Counted from the stretch's first letter, positions 26,360 through 38,999 are shown. The stretch is 64,000 nt of DNA from Botryllus schlosseri (GCA_051294905.1 CM119372.1:15936001-16000000), one strand, 5' to 3'. The notes: a model not told the origin generated them from the letters alone. Made by a program: numbers and translations.

Positions 26360-26627
26360 TTTTTTGGGTATTCATGATGTTTGTCGACTACTATGGTCCT
26401 TTACACCAGGCCGATATTCTTTCTATTTTCCGTAACTGCCGGACTTATAGCACGGCCCACCTCTAGGCTTTTGTAAGACACCGCTGAAGCGGATGAGGTG
26501 GCGAAGAGGAGCCCAGGTAAACCTCCAACACTTAAGTATCGGAATTCGGAAGTCGACCTCGGTCGGACTCGAACCCGCACCCATTGGTGTTGCAGCCGCG
26601 GATTATACCACTGCACCAGCTAGCCAC
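26360..26627 (-). mobile_element. tRNA-derived SINE A, young copy
   Basis: High similarity to 46109-46387; empty site in the paralogous hAT at ~46470. Confidence 0.92.
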
Positions 26628-27242
26628 GTGCAAAAAAAGCAAGTGTAGTAATGCCTCTATTTTCCGAAAATAAAGCTACACTAAATATAACTTTTACGAT
26701 CCACAATATTTGTTACGCATTGGCTACTAATCGCGCAAAGTAATGAAACCATATCCGATACAACTCCTACGTATTGCTCGTCGCCTAAACTTGGGGCCAT
26801 ATCATATGGGGTAGGGCGCCATGCCATGATATTCTCTAAAACGGGGTCATCTAGTAAACAAAGGGTTAGTATTTTCGTATCAATACTATAGCTTTCATCG
26901 TATGATGCGAAAGAATGCTTATTCTGTCGAAAATTGATACCTCCTGGGATGCATCAATACGAATCAAGAACCCTGCACATTCCTCATAGCTCAATTCGCA
27001 GCTCTTGACAGTCCATGCGAACGAATTAAGACTGTTTTCAAAAATACTTACTTACTTGAGTAGATTTAAAGTCAGTCAATTCTACTTCAAGTAGTTTTAG
27101 GTAGCTTATTGAAGAAGTACTTCTACTCGAGCTTGAGTAGATTTTTTGACGCTACTTCTACTTCTACTTGAACAGTTGGTTCGTGGTACAAAACTTGAAG
27201 ATAGCTTTCAATACAACATCCATTGCAGTAAAATATTTATTC

Positions 27243-27288
27243 AACTCGAAGACTTTTCGGGTGCCTCTTTTCAAGAGTTAACGGCACA
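27243..27288 (-). ncRNA. Minimal type-I hammerhead ribozyme (U3/A8 core variant) in the Penelope pseudo-LTR
   Basis: gtgcc-gtt-aactc-TTGAAAA-gaggcaccc-GAAA-agtct-TC-gagtt: stem I aactc/gagtt, quasi-palindromic stem III aagtctt, followed by aataaa. Confidence 0.7.
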
Positions 27289-27415
27289 CTGAAGTGATTT
27301 AAGCAGAATGAAAAGCAAAACCAGAAAGGCAAAGTATGACGCAACAATCAAAAATTACATACCATGAAGTCCGTAATGTAACAATGGCAACAATAACAAA
27401 CTTTGAACTGTACGG

Positions 27416-28391
27416 CAGTGTTGGGATGACTCGAGTCACCTTTTTCGTATGACTTGACTTGACTCGAGTCACTTTGCTAAAATGACTCGACTTGACTTGA
27501 CTCAGCGCATCAGAAATGTGGATTGACTCGTGACTCGGAGCAAAATTCACGAGTCAATTTCAAGTCATCAAGTAATCGGTGTCGATAAAAATCACGGTAT
27601 CTTGCACATGTTCGGATGATTCGCGAAACGCTGGTGTAACCCGTGAGAGCAACCAATCATTCAACGATCGTGCGTTTTACTGGGCCTCCATTGTTTTCTC
27701 ACAAATAACGTGACCGAAAACGAAGTGATCGAAGCTTACAGCTTAGGTTGTCGTGAACTAGTATAGTAAAGTAATTTGATAGCAAAATGTGTATTTCTGT
27801 TCTCTGTTCTGACCTTAACCTAACCTCTTGCTTTATTGAAATTAAATTCAAATATAATTTATATAGTTCTCAACCATTGGCGCAGGCTCGAATTGTACCA
27901 TATCAATTTGTAAGTGGGTAATGTATTTGCATCTTATCAAGTCGTTTCTTTATTCTCTATTTTGGCTGGTAACTATAAACTGAGGTTGCGATGCAATTAT
28001 TTAGGTAGTTTAGCAGTTCTACGTATATGTGAGCGATACAGCGTGTATATTTAACTCTATTCGTTCATCGGTTCAAAATCAATGACCACTTCATCTGTAT
28101 GTCAGACAGCTAATAAAATGCAATCACGTAATCATGCATCATACTTCGAAAAGGCAACTTGACTTGAATCGTGACTTGACTCGTGACTTGACTTGACTTG
28201 ACTCGACTTGACTCGAGTCACCTCCAAAAATCGAGTAACTTGACTTGACTCGAGTCACCTTCGAAAATCGATTGACTTGACTTGACTCGAGTCCCCTTCG
28301 AAAATCGATTGACTTGACTTTACTCGAGTCAAAATGTGCAATGACTCGAAATGACTCGTGACTCGAAGGTAGTGACTTGATCCCATCACTG
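27416..28391. mobile_element. Complete GACTCGAGTC/(GACTT)n hAT-type MITE inside the Penelope 3' region
   Basis: TIR cagtgttgggat/atcccatcactg; TSD ctgtacgg/cggtacgg. Confidence 0.88.
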
Positions 28392-28456
28392 CGGTACGGT
28401 ACTATAGTAACATAGCAATTGGAAACTAAACTATAACAAACACGGATTAGAACGCA

Positions 28457-30139
28457 CTAATGGGAAATTTGTAAGTTGTATAGAAAATCTTTTTGTCTAC
28501 ATAAAATAGGCTTGGTCAATTGAATGATTGTTGATTCTAAGACTTTCAAATGAAACAAGGATCTGCCTCGCGCAATGACAGTGAACATTTGGTCATTATA
28601 GGCTTGAGCGCAAGAACGGTTCTTACTTAAATGTTGGCCAATTGACGAAGCGTATGCTTGATAATCGTCATAACAGTCAATTTTTGCGGCTAAATTTGCA
28701 TTGCCGTGCGAGATCCGTACGGTGATTTGCGGAAGTTTTTGAGCGAATCAATTTGGGAATGTGCTGCGTTATCCGTTCAAACAATCTTTGTGATGTACGT
28801 CCCACATACCTACTATAACAGTGGCACTCAAATTCGTAGACGACGTTACTTGCATTTAAAGCAGGAAGTACATCCTTTCAGAAGTTTGGCAGAAGTGGTT
28901 TGGTTGTATACACCACATGCGCATTTACACTATAATAATAACGGTGCACCGCCGATTTGATCAACTTTTCAAAACGATTGGACACGTTACCTAGCCAAGG
29001 TAGATGTAAAAATGCGGGCATTTTTCTGGTCCATAATTGGGAGGTTGATCCGAACGTTTTAACACTCTTGCGATGGAGCATTTCAATATATGCTCAGGAT
29101 AGCCATTTTTTGAGAGGATAGAATGGATCTCATCCAATTCACGTGGCAACTTTTCTGGCGAACAGATGCGCAAGGCCCGTTGAACCAGAGTTGATATTAG
29201 GTTGAGTTTTCGCCGCTTTGGGCAAAAAGAATCCCATCGGATATAATGGCCAGTGAACGTCGGCTTTCTATACACTGACGTCATAAACATTTTTCCAGAT
29301 CTCTCAACCAACACGTCTAAAAATGTAAGTGTCGAATCAGTTTCTTTCTCCACAGTAAATTGTAGAGCTGGGTGGAGACCATTCAACTTTGAAAAAAACA
29401 TATTACACTCTCGCTCATTATTGAAAGCAACAAAGGTGTCATCGGCATATCTATAGTGAAGGAGATGTTTTGGGACGTTTTCAAACATGTTCTTTTCATG
29501 GTACCCCACAAATATATCTGCCAAACTAGGGCCCAAGGGAGAACCCATGGCAATACCATCGATTTGCATAAACATCACGTCGTTGACGCTAAATTCAACA
29601 CAGCTTGTAGCAGTTCGCATTAATTCCAGAAATATTTCACGTGGTACTTTAGGAGGTTCAAGGGAGCTACCATAAAGCGCATCTGCACAAATTTCAAAAG
29701 TTTCCGACAGTGGCACATTGGTAAAAAGACTTTTCACATCGAATGAGCTAAGAAATACATTGGACGAATTTAATTTAGCGCGCTCCAATTCTTCGACAAA
29801 TGTGAAAGAGTCACGAAGACAATGGGGCGTATACAAGGATCGAACTGGTTCAATGACGGTGTTAAGCCACTTGGCCAAATTATGTTGTGCCGATCCACAC
29901 ATAGACAGTATGGGACGCAAGGGTACGTCATGTTTATGTGCTTTCGGTAAACCATACATACGCGGCCGCTGCGAACCCGAAGGACGTAAAGACTCGTACA
30001 GATTGACAGAAAGTAGTCCATCCTTTTTCAATTTGAGAAGGCGACGTTGAAGCTTCATTTCTAGCTTTCGTGTGTTGTCGTTAGTATCAGCTGGGCCAAG
30101 GTTGATGAACTTGGACGAATCTTGGAGAATGGATTCCAT
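28457..30139 (-). pseudogene. Penelope-like RT/GIY-YIG polyprotein; RT open for 382 aa (28991-30139), endonuclease frameshifted
   Basis: YGLPKAHK, PLRPI, SFDVKSLFT, QIDGIAMGSPLGP, YRYADD, FLDV, YRKPT; downstream NVVYEFECHCYSRYVGRTSQRL..RITQH, SSIGQHL, LKVLES..I..TKP.LC.QK. Confidence 0.93.
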
Positions 30140-30189
30140 CTACTTGAGTAGCTTTCTTGACTACTTTGACCACCTCTGAGTACACTACA

Positions 30190-30470
30190 CTCTAAAACGT
30201 AAATTGACACTGCAACTGTGGGTGAGTCTTCCAGATTTGCATCAGTGAGGCATGTTCTGTGTTTGTTTTTGATGAACTGCATGTCAGAAAAGGCTTATTC
30301 ACAACGATAAGTCGAGCCAAACATGCTTGCAAATTTTCATAGCTGCTGCGCATACACCACTGTACTCTTCCGTGTCAACAAGGAACCTAAAGTTTGGTGC
30401 AGCCGGGTGGGCTATGAGGTGGAGGTCATTTTGCAGCTCTACAATTTCAATCTCTATCTGTTAAGCATAC
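30190..30470 (-). pseudogene. hAT (SPIN/GTF2IRD2-like) transposase C-terminal relic
   Basis: EIVELQND...ASMFGSTYRCE*AFSDMQFIKNKHRTCLTDANLED. Confidence 0.8.
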
Positions 30471-30779
30471 AGGCTCAATAGATTTCGGTATACCGGACAG
30501 AAGCAACGATTACAGAAAATTGAAAAACATGGTACTAAACTGCGTTGAGTGTATGAGAATCAAGCTGTGTCAAAACATACAATACGTAATGGGCATACAG
30601 ACAGTGACAATCTGCTCACGGCTATCTGCTTCCGAATAGCAATGTTGTTTACATCGCTGGCATTGTCCTCTACGTCGAGCTATACGATATCGGAACCCCC
30701 GTCATTTCAAGAAGACCGTGGACGGCATTCCGTCATGTCGCCTGTATCAGACTTGGACAACTAGAAAAATTTCAGCTTT

Positions 30780-30935
30780 ACCGAATTAGATCAGAATTAG
30801 AATTAGAGCTACACAAGTTTTCCAAACTAGATTAGAATTAGAATTAGAGCTACACGGCTTTCTCCAAATTAGATTAGAATTAGAATTAGAGCTACACAGT
30901 TTTTTTCCAAATTAGATCAGAATTAAAATTATTGA
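30780..30935 (+). repeat. (AATTAG)n subterminal repeats with ~45-bp higher-order unit (MITE end)
   Basis: Repeated agaattagaattagagctacac units. Confidence 0.7.
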
Positions 30936-31509
30936 ATTCTCAAAAACTTGGAACTTGAAAGAAATTGTGAATGGAAAATGAATACGGCAAAATCAGTTCA
31001 TATCAGATCACGGTGCATTCCCATAACCATGATAGTGGTTAACGTCTGTACAACAAGCCGCCTGGCTCGTTTTTTACTATACCAGGGGTCTCTGCAATCG
31101 CCGCCGGCGATCTGTTTGAGATTTTGAAAACACGCGAAATAAAGCATTTTGATATGCTAAAATCGTTTTCAGTTTCAAATTATTGTTTTGTTGTCTCAAA
31201 ATAAGCTATTCGCCTGTGCCCAACAACACTTTTCCATACTAGCTGAAACGGCATCAGCGATGGCAACAGCATTCCATCGATGGAGAGTCTGCTGATATCA
31301 ATAAGCAAGCATATTGCCTTGACGTGCAATGGTCGAGACACCGCCAAGACAGAGACGGTTCGAAAACGGCATAGGACGTCCCAAGATTTTATCTACATTG
31401 TTACTATGATAACATTGATTAATGGTACATAAAAATCCTATTTTAGTTATTATTAGTAATTTAAAGATACCTTTGAAAGCAATTGTTTTCATAATAAAGA
31501 AGTTGCAGT

Positions 31510-31711
31510 TGGAGTCGAAGTCAGGCTCATTTTCACAAACTCTGACTCCGACTCCAGTCAGTATTTTTTCCACTACTCCGACTCCGACTCCGACTCCGAC
31601 AGCCACTATAGTTTTCACGACTCCGACTCCGACTCTAAGGCGTGCTAAAAAGAGACTCTGACTCCGACTCCATTAAGCGAAAATTAGCCAGACTCCGACT
31701 CCACAGCCCTG
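31510..31711 (+). mobile_element. (GACTCC)n-rich MITE right end
   Basis: gactccgactcc arrays ending cacagccctg; related left ends at 40282 and 52598. Confidence 0.65.
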
Positions 31712-32299
31712 CGCCAAGGTGCTGCTTTTATAGTAATCAAGCTTCCGCAATAGGCTGTGAGAAAGTCTGGGCCAAAGTGCTGTGGTGACCTTGGACGAAG
31801 ATGCTATTTTATTTGGTAATCAGCTTACGAAATTTAAAGGTGAGTCGCGGAACGTTTTCACATCTGAAATTGGTCCACTATAGTCGACCTGCTGCGACCA
31901 ATCATAAGTCGTGTTTAATGGTGCGGTGTCATTATAGATCTCAACTCATACTGCCGGTACTGCAGTCGCTACATTTTGTCAATCAAGTGACCCTTTGGCC
32001 GTCCACCCAATATTGTGCAGCGGATGTGCAGTGTATACAAATGAGCATATAGAGTGGAGATGGTCACAACCGACTTTCGTTGGAAGGCGGTATTCCCGTT
32101 AATATCGATTTAGTATATTGTATCTCGTAAATCAGGAACGTCAAACATACGGCCCGGCGGATGATTTTATGCGGCCTCCAAAGCAATGACGAATCATTAA
32201 AAAATGCACATATAATCCAGCACATTTACATGATAAGTGAATAATGCTACAAGACAGCGAATATCAAACATGTCCAATGTTCATTCTCCTTATACCACA

Positions 32300-32715
32300 T
32301 TATAACTATAATGCCCAAAGAAATCAAAGTTTTTACCCTATCGCCCCGAATCCATTCGTCAATTTCAGTCCGGGGCACTTCCAACTTGTCCACCACCTAC
32401 TTCGAATTGGATGTCGTGAAGACGGCCTATGCCAAACTTGTCATCAACAAAACATTGTCGAGCATTTCCTTATTCATTGCTCTAGATATCCAGGTAAACA
32501 GGAGTGCTTGTGCAGCAATGCGACAAGACGTCTCATTTTCTATGAAAGATACCCAGACCCATCCCACCATACAATGTCTCCAGAAATTAAATTTGTCCTT
32601 TCTACTGGAAGAGTCATAAACGGAACAATGAAACGACCTGGTGCAGAAGACCACAGCTGGCGAGTACCATTACTTATACAAACAACAACAACATCAACAA
32701 CACCACAACCACCAC

Positions 32716-32752
<37 letters not shown>

Positions 32753-32790
32753 AACAACAACAACAACAACAACAGCAACAACAACAACAA
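32300..32790 (+). mobile_element. 3' end of an I/Nimb-like non-LTR retrotransposon with (CAA)n tail
   Basis: GHFQLVHHLLRIG..DGLCQTC.QQNIVEHFLIHCSRY (C-x2-C..H-x4-C knuckle of ORF2 C-terminus), short 3' UTR, long CAA tail 32680-32790. Confidence 0.8.
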
Positions 32791-33629
32791 ATTAAAACTG
32801 TCCGATCATATTGTAAAAGTAGTGCTTTTCGAAGCAGCCTGTCACTCAGGGGTGAGCAATTATTTTTCTCGGCTGGCCAAATGAGAATTAGAAAATACGT
32901 TAGCGGGCCGAGTGAAAGTTTTTAGCTACATTCGGCAGCATATTTTAATTTTATTTCTAAATCACATTGTTAATGAATGCTGCTCAGTGCATGTGTTGAT
33001 GTTAAGTAATGAGAAAGTGACATTTATTTAAAAAATATCTATTTGCAGTCATGATTCGAAACATTGTTAAACATGATACATTTTCAACTCTCTTTAAACC
33101 CGTATCCACGTTCTACTATAAAGACACTAATACGGGGGTTCTCCAACTTTTTTAGGCACGCCGCTCTTTATGGTAGCGAAAAATTTCTCGCCACGCTTAC
33201 CATGATATCACAAAATCGTGGCGTATTAATGAACAGCCTTCAAAGTAAACGAATTTCCTGTCCAGTTGATGCAGCCTATGATTTTAGTCCACGCATCAAA
33301 ATTCAAAAAGCATGTTTTATGTTTTGAATTCCAAGCATCTTCTCGCAGGCCGTACATAATAGCTCAACGGGCCGCATTTGGCCCACGGGCCGCACTTTGC
33401 CCCACGTTGCCTTCAAAACCTATACATCGCCCCATTTCTACTAAGCGCCCCCGTACCACCCAGTTTCATAGCCAGCGCCTCACAATCGCCCATTTCGTGG
33501 TCTGCACCCCCTTGACGCTCGCGAACGCCCCCAGGGGGGCGCTGGTGCCCACTTTGGGAACCATACTGCTCTAAACCTATCGGTATCAAGTTTTAACACT
33601 AAAATATTCTTTGACCAGGTGTCTCATTT

Positions 33630-33920
33630 TATTTTTAAATCAATAACGTACAATGCGCTTACAGAATAATTGCCGTTAGCGAACCTCTTGAACTAGTAGA
33701 AACACATAATCAGCAAGGCGCTGCGGTCATGATCATTCAAACATAGCTGATTAACCAATCAAGAGACGTGATTTCGTGATTACCAGTCTTCTTGTCATTC
33801 TATGGTCGCTGATACGCCCACTCTACGGCAGCTACTTTCGAACGTATTTACACAAATCTTAACGACTTTCCTGTGAGCTTATTGCAGGTTCATTGACGTT
33901 TTTTTATCAATAATCTACAG
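33630..33920 (+). pseudogene. Fragment of unknown family
   Basis: QCAYRIIAV..NQQGAAV..MVADTP; ggtcgctgatacgcc matches ggtggctgatacgcc of the 37700 copy. Confidence 0.4.
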
Positions 33921-33922
33921 AA

Positions 33923-34445
33923 TGAGACATGCATACGCATCTTTTTTGAGATTTTCCAAATTATGGACAACCCCAATGCCCACTTTCAAGTCAAAATACA
34001 AACAATCTCTACTGAGCAAATACTAGTTAATCCTCTAGTTTACCGGACCATGACCTGACATATCGATCTCGCCTTCCAACGCATGCCACCTTTTTTACCA
34101 CATGTCCTTTTATATTATCTTCTTTTACTTTTCATTCAGTGTGCATGCCTCGTTTTTACATCGCTTAGGCCAAGTGGGTGTCTGAGACATGAACACGCAT
34201 CTTTTTGGGGATTTTCCAAATCATGGACAACCCCAATGCCCACATTCAAGTCGAAATACAAAGATTATTTACTGAGAAAATACTAGTTAATCCTCTAGTT
34301 TACCGGACCATAACCTGACATGTCGATCTCGCCTCTCCACACATGCCACCTTTTTTGTCACCTGTCCTTTCATATTATCTTCTTTCACTTTTCATTCAGT
34401 GTGCATGTCTCGTTTTCACATCGCCTAGGCCAGGTGGGTGTCTGA
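33923..34445 (+). repeat. Two-copy 260-bp tandem duplication within a dispersed repeat
   Basis: Units begin tgagacatg at 33923 and 34183; the continuation matches 9200-9390 and 13780-13880. Confidence 0.9.
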
Positions 34446-36799
34446 TTTCGAAGACTACTCGAAGTCGTTTCAACACCTTCTCATATTTCATTGTATCGCA
34501 GTCTTATGGTGAATTGAAATGATGAAAATATTAGCAATAAATTGAATTGAATTGGTATAGAACAGAACAACTGAGTTTTTAGTGAACTTGAATCCAGTGG
34601 GTCTGTGTCTTCTTTCAATCAGAATCTCTTTTCGACCCATAAATTTATATGTGGGTGCAACTGTTTTTAGTCGGCAGCAGTTATCATCTTTATATACCAC
34701 TCTTCGTTTGAAGATTGTGATTAGAACTTTTCTTTTGGTTTATTGCCATGATATAACGGGATTCTTTTGCATTGTTTATTATAGACAACCAGATGAATTG
34801 AGACTGCTTCACTAACAGCTCAACACGAAACCTGAAGTGCGTGTTACTTCCCAATAGAAACAAATATGCATCGGTTCTAGGACAGTCGATCCGTCTCCAC
34901 ATAGGATATTCTGTGGCCTACATCTAATACCAAGTTTTCTATGCTGGAACATAGCCTGAGATGAGCATTGAGTAAGTAATAGTGATGTTTTTAAACGGTT
35001 TTTGGGCTTTTTGTGAGTGCATGATTATAACGCAAGTTCTAATTACAGAAAGCTTTACATTTTTGGCGGCTTCTGATTTGCCGTGATATTCTAATATGAA
35101 CTAGAGTTGACCGAAGTGATCGGCGTTGCTACTCGATTAGCACACGTAACGCCTTACATTTCCCTTCAATTACAAGTAGAAGTAGTAACTTCCAAGACAT
35201 GTGAAAACTAGTTCAAGTGGAAGACGAAATGAAAGACTTACTAACTACTGAAAGTCAGTAAATATCTAAGCATATTTGTTCGCGATGAGGGTGGTAGCAT
35301 AATTTCAACAGTTGGTCGGAGGTTGTTACATACAAAATCGCAAGATGTATCTTCTCGGCTAACGCAAAATGTATATAATGATACTACCCATTGGTAGAAT
35401 CTTGAAAAATGTATTCAGTTTCCGTGTTTTAAGGGCTGTGCCATGCAGTTCTAATGGTCATATAACTCATGAGAGAGGTGCAGTCTTTTCCCTAAACTAC
35501 TTTCTACTTTTCGAAATCCAAATTGCAAAAGTAAACATTTTAACTAAAATACTGTTCAGGTAGAAGTGGAATTACTCTGAAAACATGTCAACTTCAGTAA
35601 GTACTGCAATTTAAACAGATGTATTTGAGCACCCCGAAAAAGTAGTAAAAAACGACATAGATGTTATCTTCCAAACGTGACGTGATAGAAAAAAATTAAC
35701 ACCAAATTCGTATTTAGCGCCCCAAATTAGGTAGTAATGCACAAATGGAACCCTGGCGCAAAAATCGTGGAGACCAGTGAATCGACTAATTCGATAAACC
35801 ACGAAAATGGTGCATATGTGTCTTAAGCAAGGGTGGGCGTTTTCTTTTCAGGCAGGCCAATTGTGAAACGGATATAACGTTGGCGGTTTGAGACGAAGTT
35901 TAGACTATATAGGCGTATTCTGCAGCGCGTTGTTTTATTTCTAAATTGAAATCAGTGAATTACTTTGTTAACACATGATGCAAAGCGGGTGCGTAAATAT
36001 TAGGTTACACCCCAAGATCCGGGTGGCTTAGTTGATAGCTTTGCTGTTTTTCTAGCTTTACTAACAAGCTTTCCGCCTCAGCTGAGTGTATGTATATCAC
36101 TGCATCATTTTTCTCATAATGTCAACTCTAATTATTTTCCTTCAACTCGGTGCTCATCATCAACTAAAAATTCGCGTTCGCGGCCAGTAATGAAATATTT
36201 AGTGCTCCAAATCTTGTTGAAAGATCGGCCGTCAGCTGCACCTTTCATTGTTTGACACAACATCTTTTATGAGTCAGAATGACCGCTAATCACGCGCACT
36301 GATTGCATTATTTAACGAATTAGGATGTGGAATGTGGAAACGTATGACGTCACAGTTGAAAAAGCACATACCTCGTCATTCCTAATGTAACAATGACAGC
36401 AAAAAGATTTGAACTTGAATATGGAAACAATGACTTGCAAATTTAATTATTATGACATACTTTGCTATGTTGTGTATACTTTGAACCTGGAATACTCATA
36501 TCACGGAACATAAATATTAACCATGAACAAATAGGTGATATGGTTGAAATTCAAAATAACCTTTCGCGACCAGTCAGAATCGCGGCTTGAGCCGCATTTG
36601 CCCGCAGCGTGACGTGTGGTTTTGAGGAATATCAGAGATCTTACTGTGAACGCAGACTTCCATTCCGTTCATTATTATCAATTTGCCATACGGCTACGAA
36701 TTAGGCCAAAGCATAAAAATGGTTGTTAAACCGTCGCACCGAACCAACTCAAAACAGGAAAGAAAGTGGGAGATGTGAATCATTAATTTACGGCAAATG

Positions 36800-38330
36800 T
36801 CATACTTTGAAGGTGCTCACATTTGATGGGTAGATAAAGTAAATGCATATGAAGATCATTTCCGGCAGAAGATATCTAGCATTGAAACTGCAAATATTGA
36901 AGTACATTCCTTGAGCAATGGGCAATATGGAACTTAAATAAAACGGTCAAGCATTGGCGTTTTGTCTGCGAATAACTGCTACATTCCGGCCCAGTTTTAT
37001 TAAAACGAGTACATTTGTTACCATCTCGAAACTCGGTGTCGATGTCATGGACTTGTTCCTACTGGTAACTAACTACCGGTAACAATTTTTCATTTACCAG
37101 CCGTGCTTCTCGTTTCGGATGGAATCGCTCGGCGTATCGCATTTGCGACATCACTGATGTCGACAAACGATATCAAAATTGTGTGAGTATTCCTCGCGGA
37201 AACGATCCATACAAACGCAGATCAGCGGATCATAATCATATGTTTTACATCAAGTGATTGCATCTCCCTTCGATCCTATATACGCCGTGACATCGAAAAT
37301 CCGGAAATATCATCGATTTTCCGCAATTGTTAATTGTGTGATTACTTTTGTACACGGAAAAAGAGCACATGAAGTAAAATGTAAATTTACCGCACTATTG
37401 GTGCACGTTTGCCATTCTTATCCATAGCCATCTCTGTTGCATTAAATTTATCAGTGAATGGTATCTCTTTTATTTGTGAAATAAGCAGGTAGCAGTCAAA
37501 ATTGGAACTATTTAACTATTCGTCAATCAACTTTGAGATTGCGTGCTTCTTATCATAAGTACTATTTATATAGATTCAATTATTATCAACCACGCCTGCT
37601 GTTTCGCATAACGAATCATAATAAATAAACCCATGCCATCCAACCGAATGACACTCATGTGATGTGCCGTGAAATCCGAAATCCAATAAGGCGTATCAGC
37701 CACCAATAGTCAGGAATTTTGATTGGGAAAGGAAGAAAATACCTTCACACTATTCGCAAGCATTCGAGCGAAAGTGGTACCGGCACACTTCCCTCTAATT
37801 CATTAGTTTGTATATCTGCAGATAATCTCGATCCGATAAGTGTATCAATCTACATTACAGGCACTGGTGTAGCTTGCTCCCAACTGGTAGACAGGAACTG
37901 GATCGTGTGTTCGCTATAAGACGGTGATACCATTGCTAGTACCATCTGTGTATCAGTACACCATTGCCATTCAAGCATTTTGGTGACTTCAGCGTCACTA
38001 ATAGGTTTGATGGTCACCTAACGTTAGCATTCGTATGTCGGGTATCAAAAATATAGGTAGTTTGCTGTTCACGTTCCAAAGCTGACGTGCTTTATATCCG
38101 TATCCGTTTTCGAAAAACACGATTGGCAATACAAAACACCTTTTATTTATTATAATTTCTCTCTCCTCTCTTTTAAATGACTCTCGATCTCTGACCGAAT
38201 CATCTCTAGACAACACGTTTGATTTTATGATGTCAACGTAACGGGTGTATCTGATTTCTTGCGACCAGCTCTGCTATGTTCGGTTGCGTTTTTGATAGCG
38301 CAACCGTAATATCATTCACATTCAACTGGT
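36800..38330 (-). pseudogene. Two tandem decayed copies of unknown family (~820-bp spacing)
   Basis: Copy a: KARQLWNVNSKLPI, MLEWQWCTD, PVYQLGASYTSAC, ADTPYWISDFT. Copy b: DVTAYIGSKG, and taccagtaggaacaag vs taccagttgggagcaag. Confidence 0.6.
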
Positions 38331-38999
38331 TCAAATTCACAATCAGCCCCCGACAGCGCTAGTCTTGGCGTATATCATCCTAATCTCTGGGCGACGAATC
38401 ATTCAGATCCCGCTTACTTCTACGAGTAATTTCATCACTACCCTTCATATATCCGATTCACAAACGGTGTTACGCGATTCACGAACGAGCCGAAACAGTT
38501 ATAACCAGTGTTTTGAAAAATCAGTGTGCAGTTATTTGTAGTTGTAGAATTCTCTTCAAGGTAAGCATTAAATTTTGCCGTTATTGTCCGCCTAGCATGT
38601 CTTATTGATTCTCCCTCGGCCTACTTGATCAGATTTACGGTAGAACTAATGTCCTCCAAATTTTCGGGCAGATTAGTCATATTCATGCGTCACATTTGAG
38701 ACGTCATAAGTTTTACGCGTGTTTGATTTATTGTTCATTGTTAAATTGTTAATAATCGTTAGTAAATATTTTTGACAGATTCCATCATGAATTATAGAAA
38801 AATTTTGCACTTTGCGCGTTTAAGCAATATAAGCAGACTGAACAGCACAAAAATCTCGCTGATGAGTGGAGTCAAAAACGCATGGCTTGATGAGAATGGT
38901 TGGGTGGAGGGGGGGGGGGAGCCACCCAGAAGTTTGGCTGATCACCCTAAGGGGAGCTCAACTCCACCGTTGAGGGGGGCAGACGAAGTATTGTTTAGG

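Larger units (their letters stand above)
27172..30138 (-). mobile_element. 5'-truncated Penelope-like retroelement (RT + GIY-YIG + 3' pseudo-LTR)
   Basis: Flanked by 9-bp direct repeat tctacttga (27163-27171, 30139-30147); RT and endonuclease motifs; hammerhead and AATAAA near the 3' end. Confidence 0.9.
25668..30178. mobile_element. hAT non-autonomous element (tacttctac family) hosting a SINE, a Penelope element and a MITE
   Basis: TIR cggaggtggtca/tgaccacctctg; perfect TSD agtacact; body colinear (inverted) with 45614-47066. Confidence 0.88.

Noticed and set aside
28150..28380. CRISPR-like repeat-spacer pattern
   Set aside because: Intervening sequences are themselves repeats; these are MITE subterminal motifs
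29253..30050. Plus-strand ORFs overlapping the RT
   Set aside because: Antisense shadows of the Penelope ORF with no recognisable motifs
31298..31661. TPTPTP / GVGVGV ORFs
   Set aside because: Translation of (GACTCC)n MITE subterminal repeats
32641..32925. Poly-Q / poly-T protein ORFs
   Set aside because: Translation of the LINE (CAA)n tail
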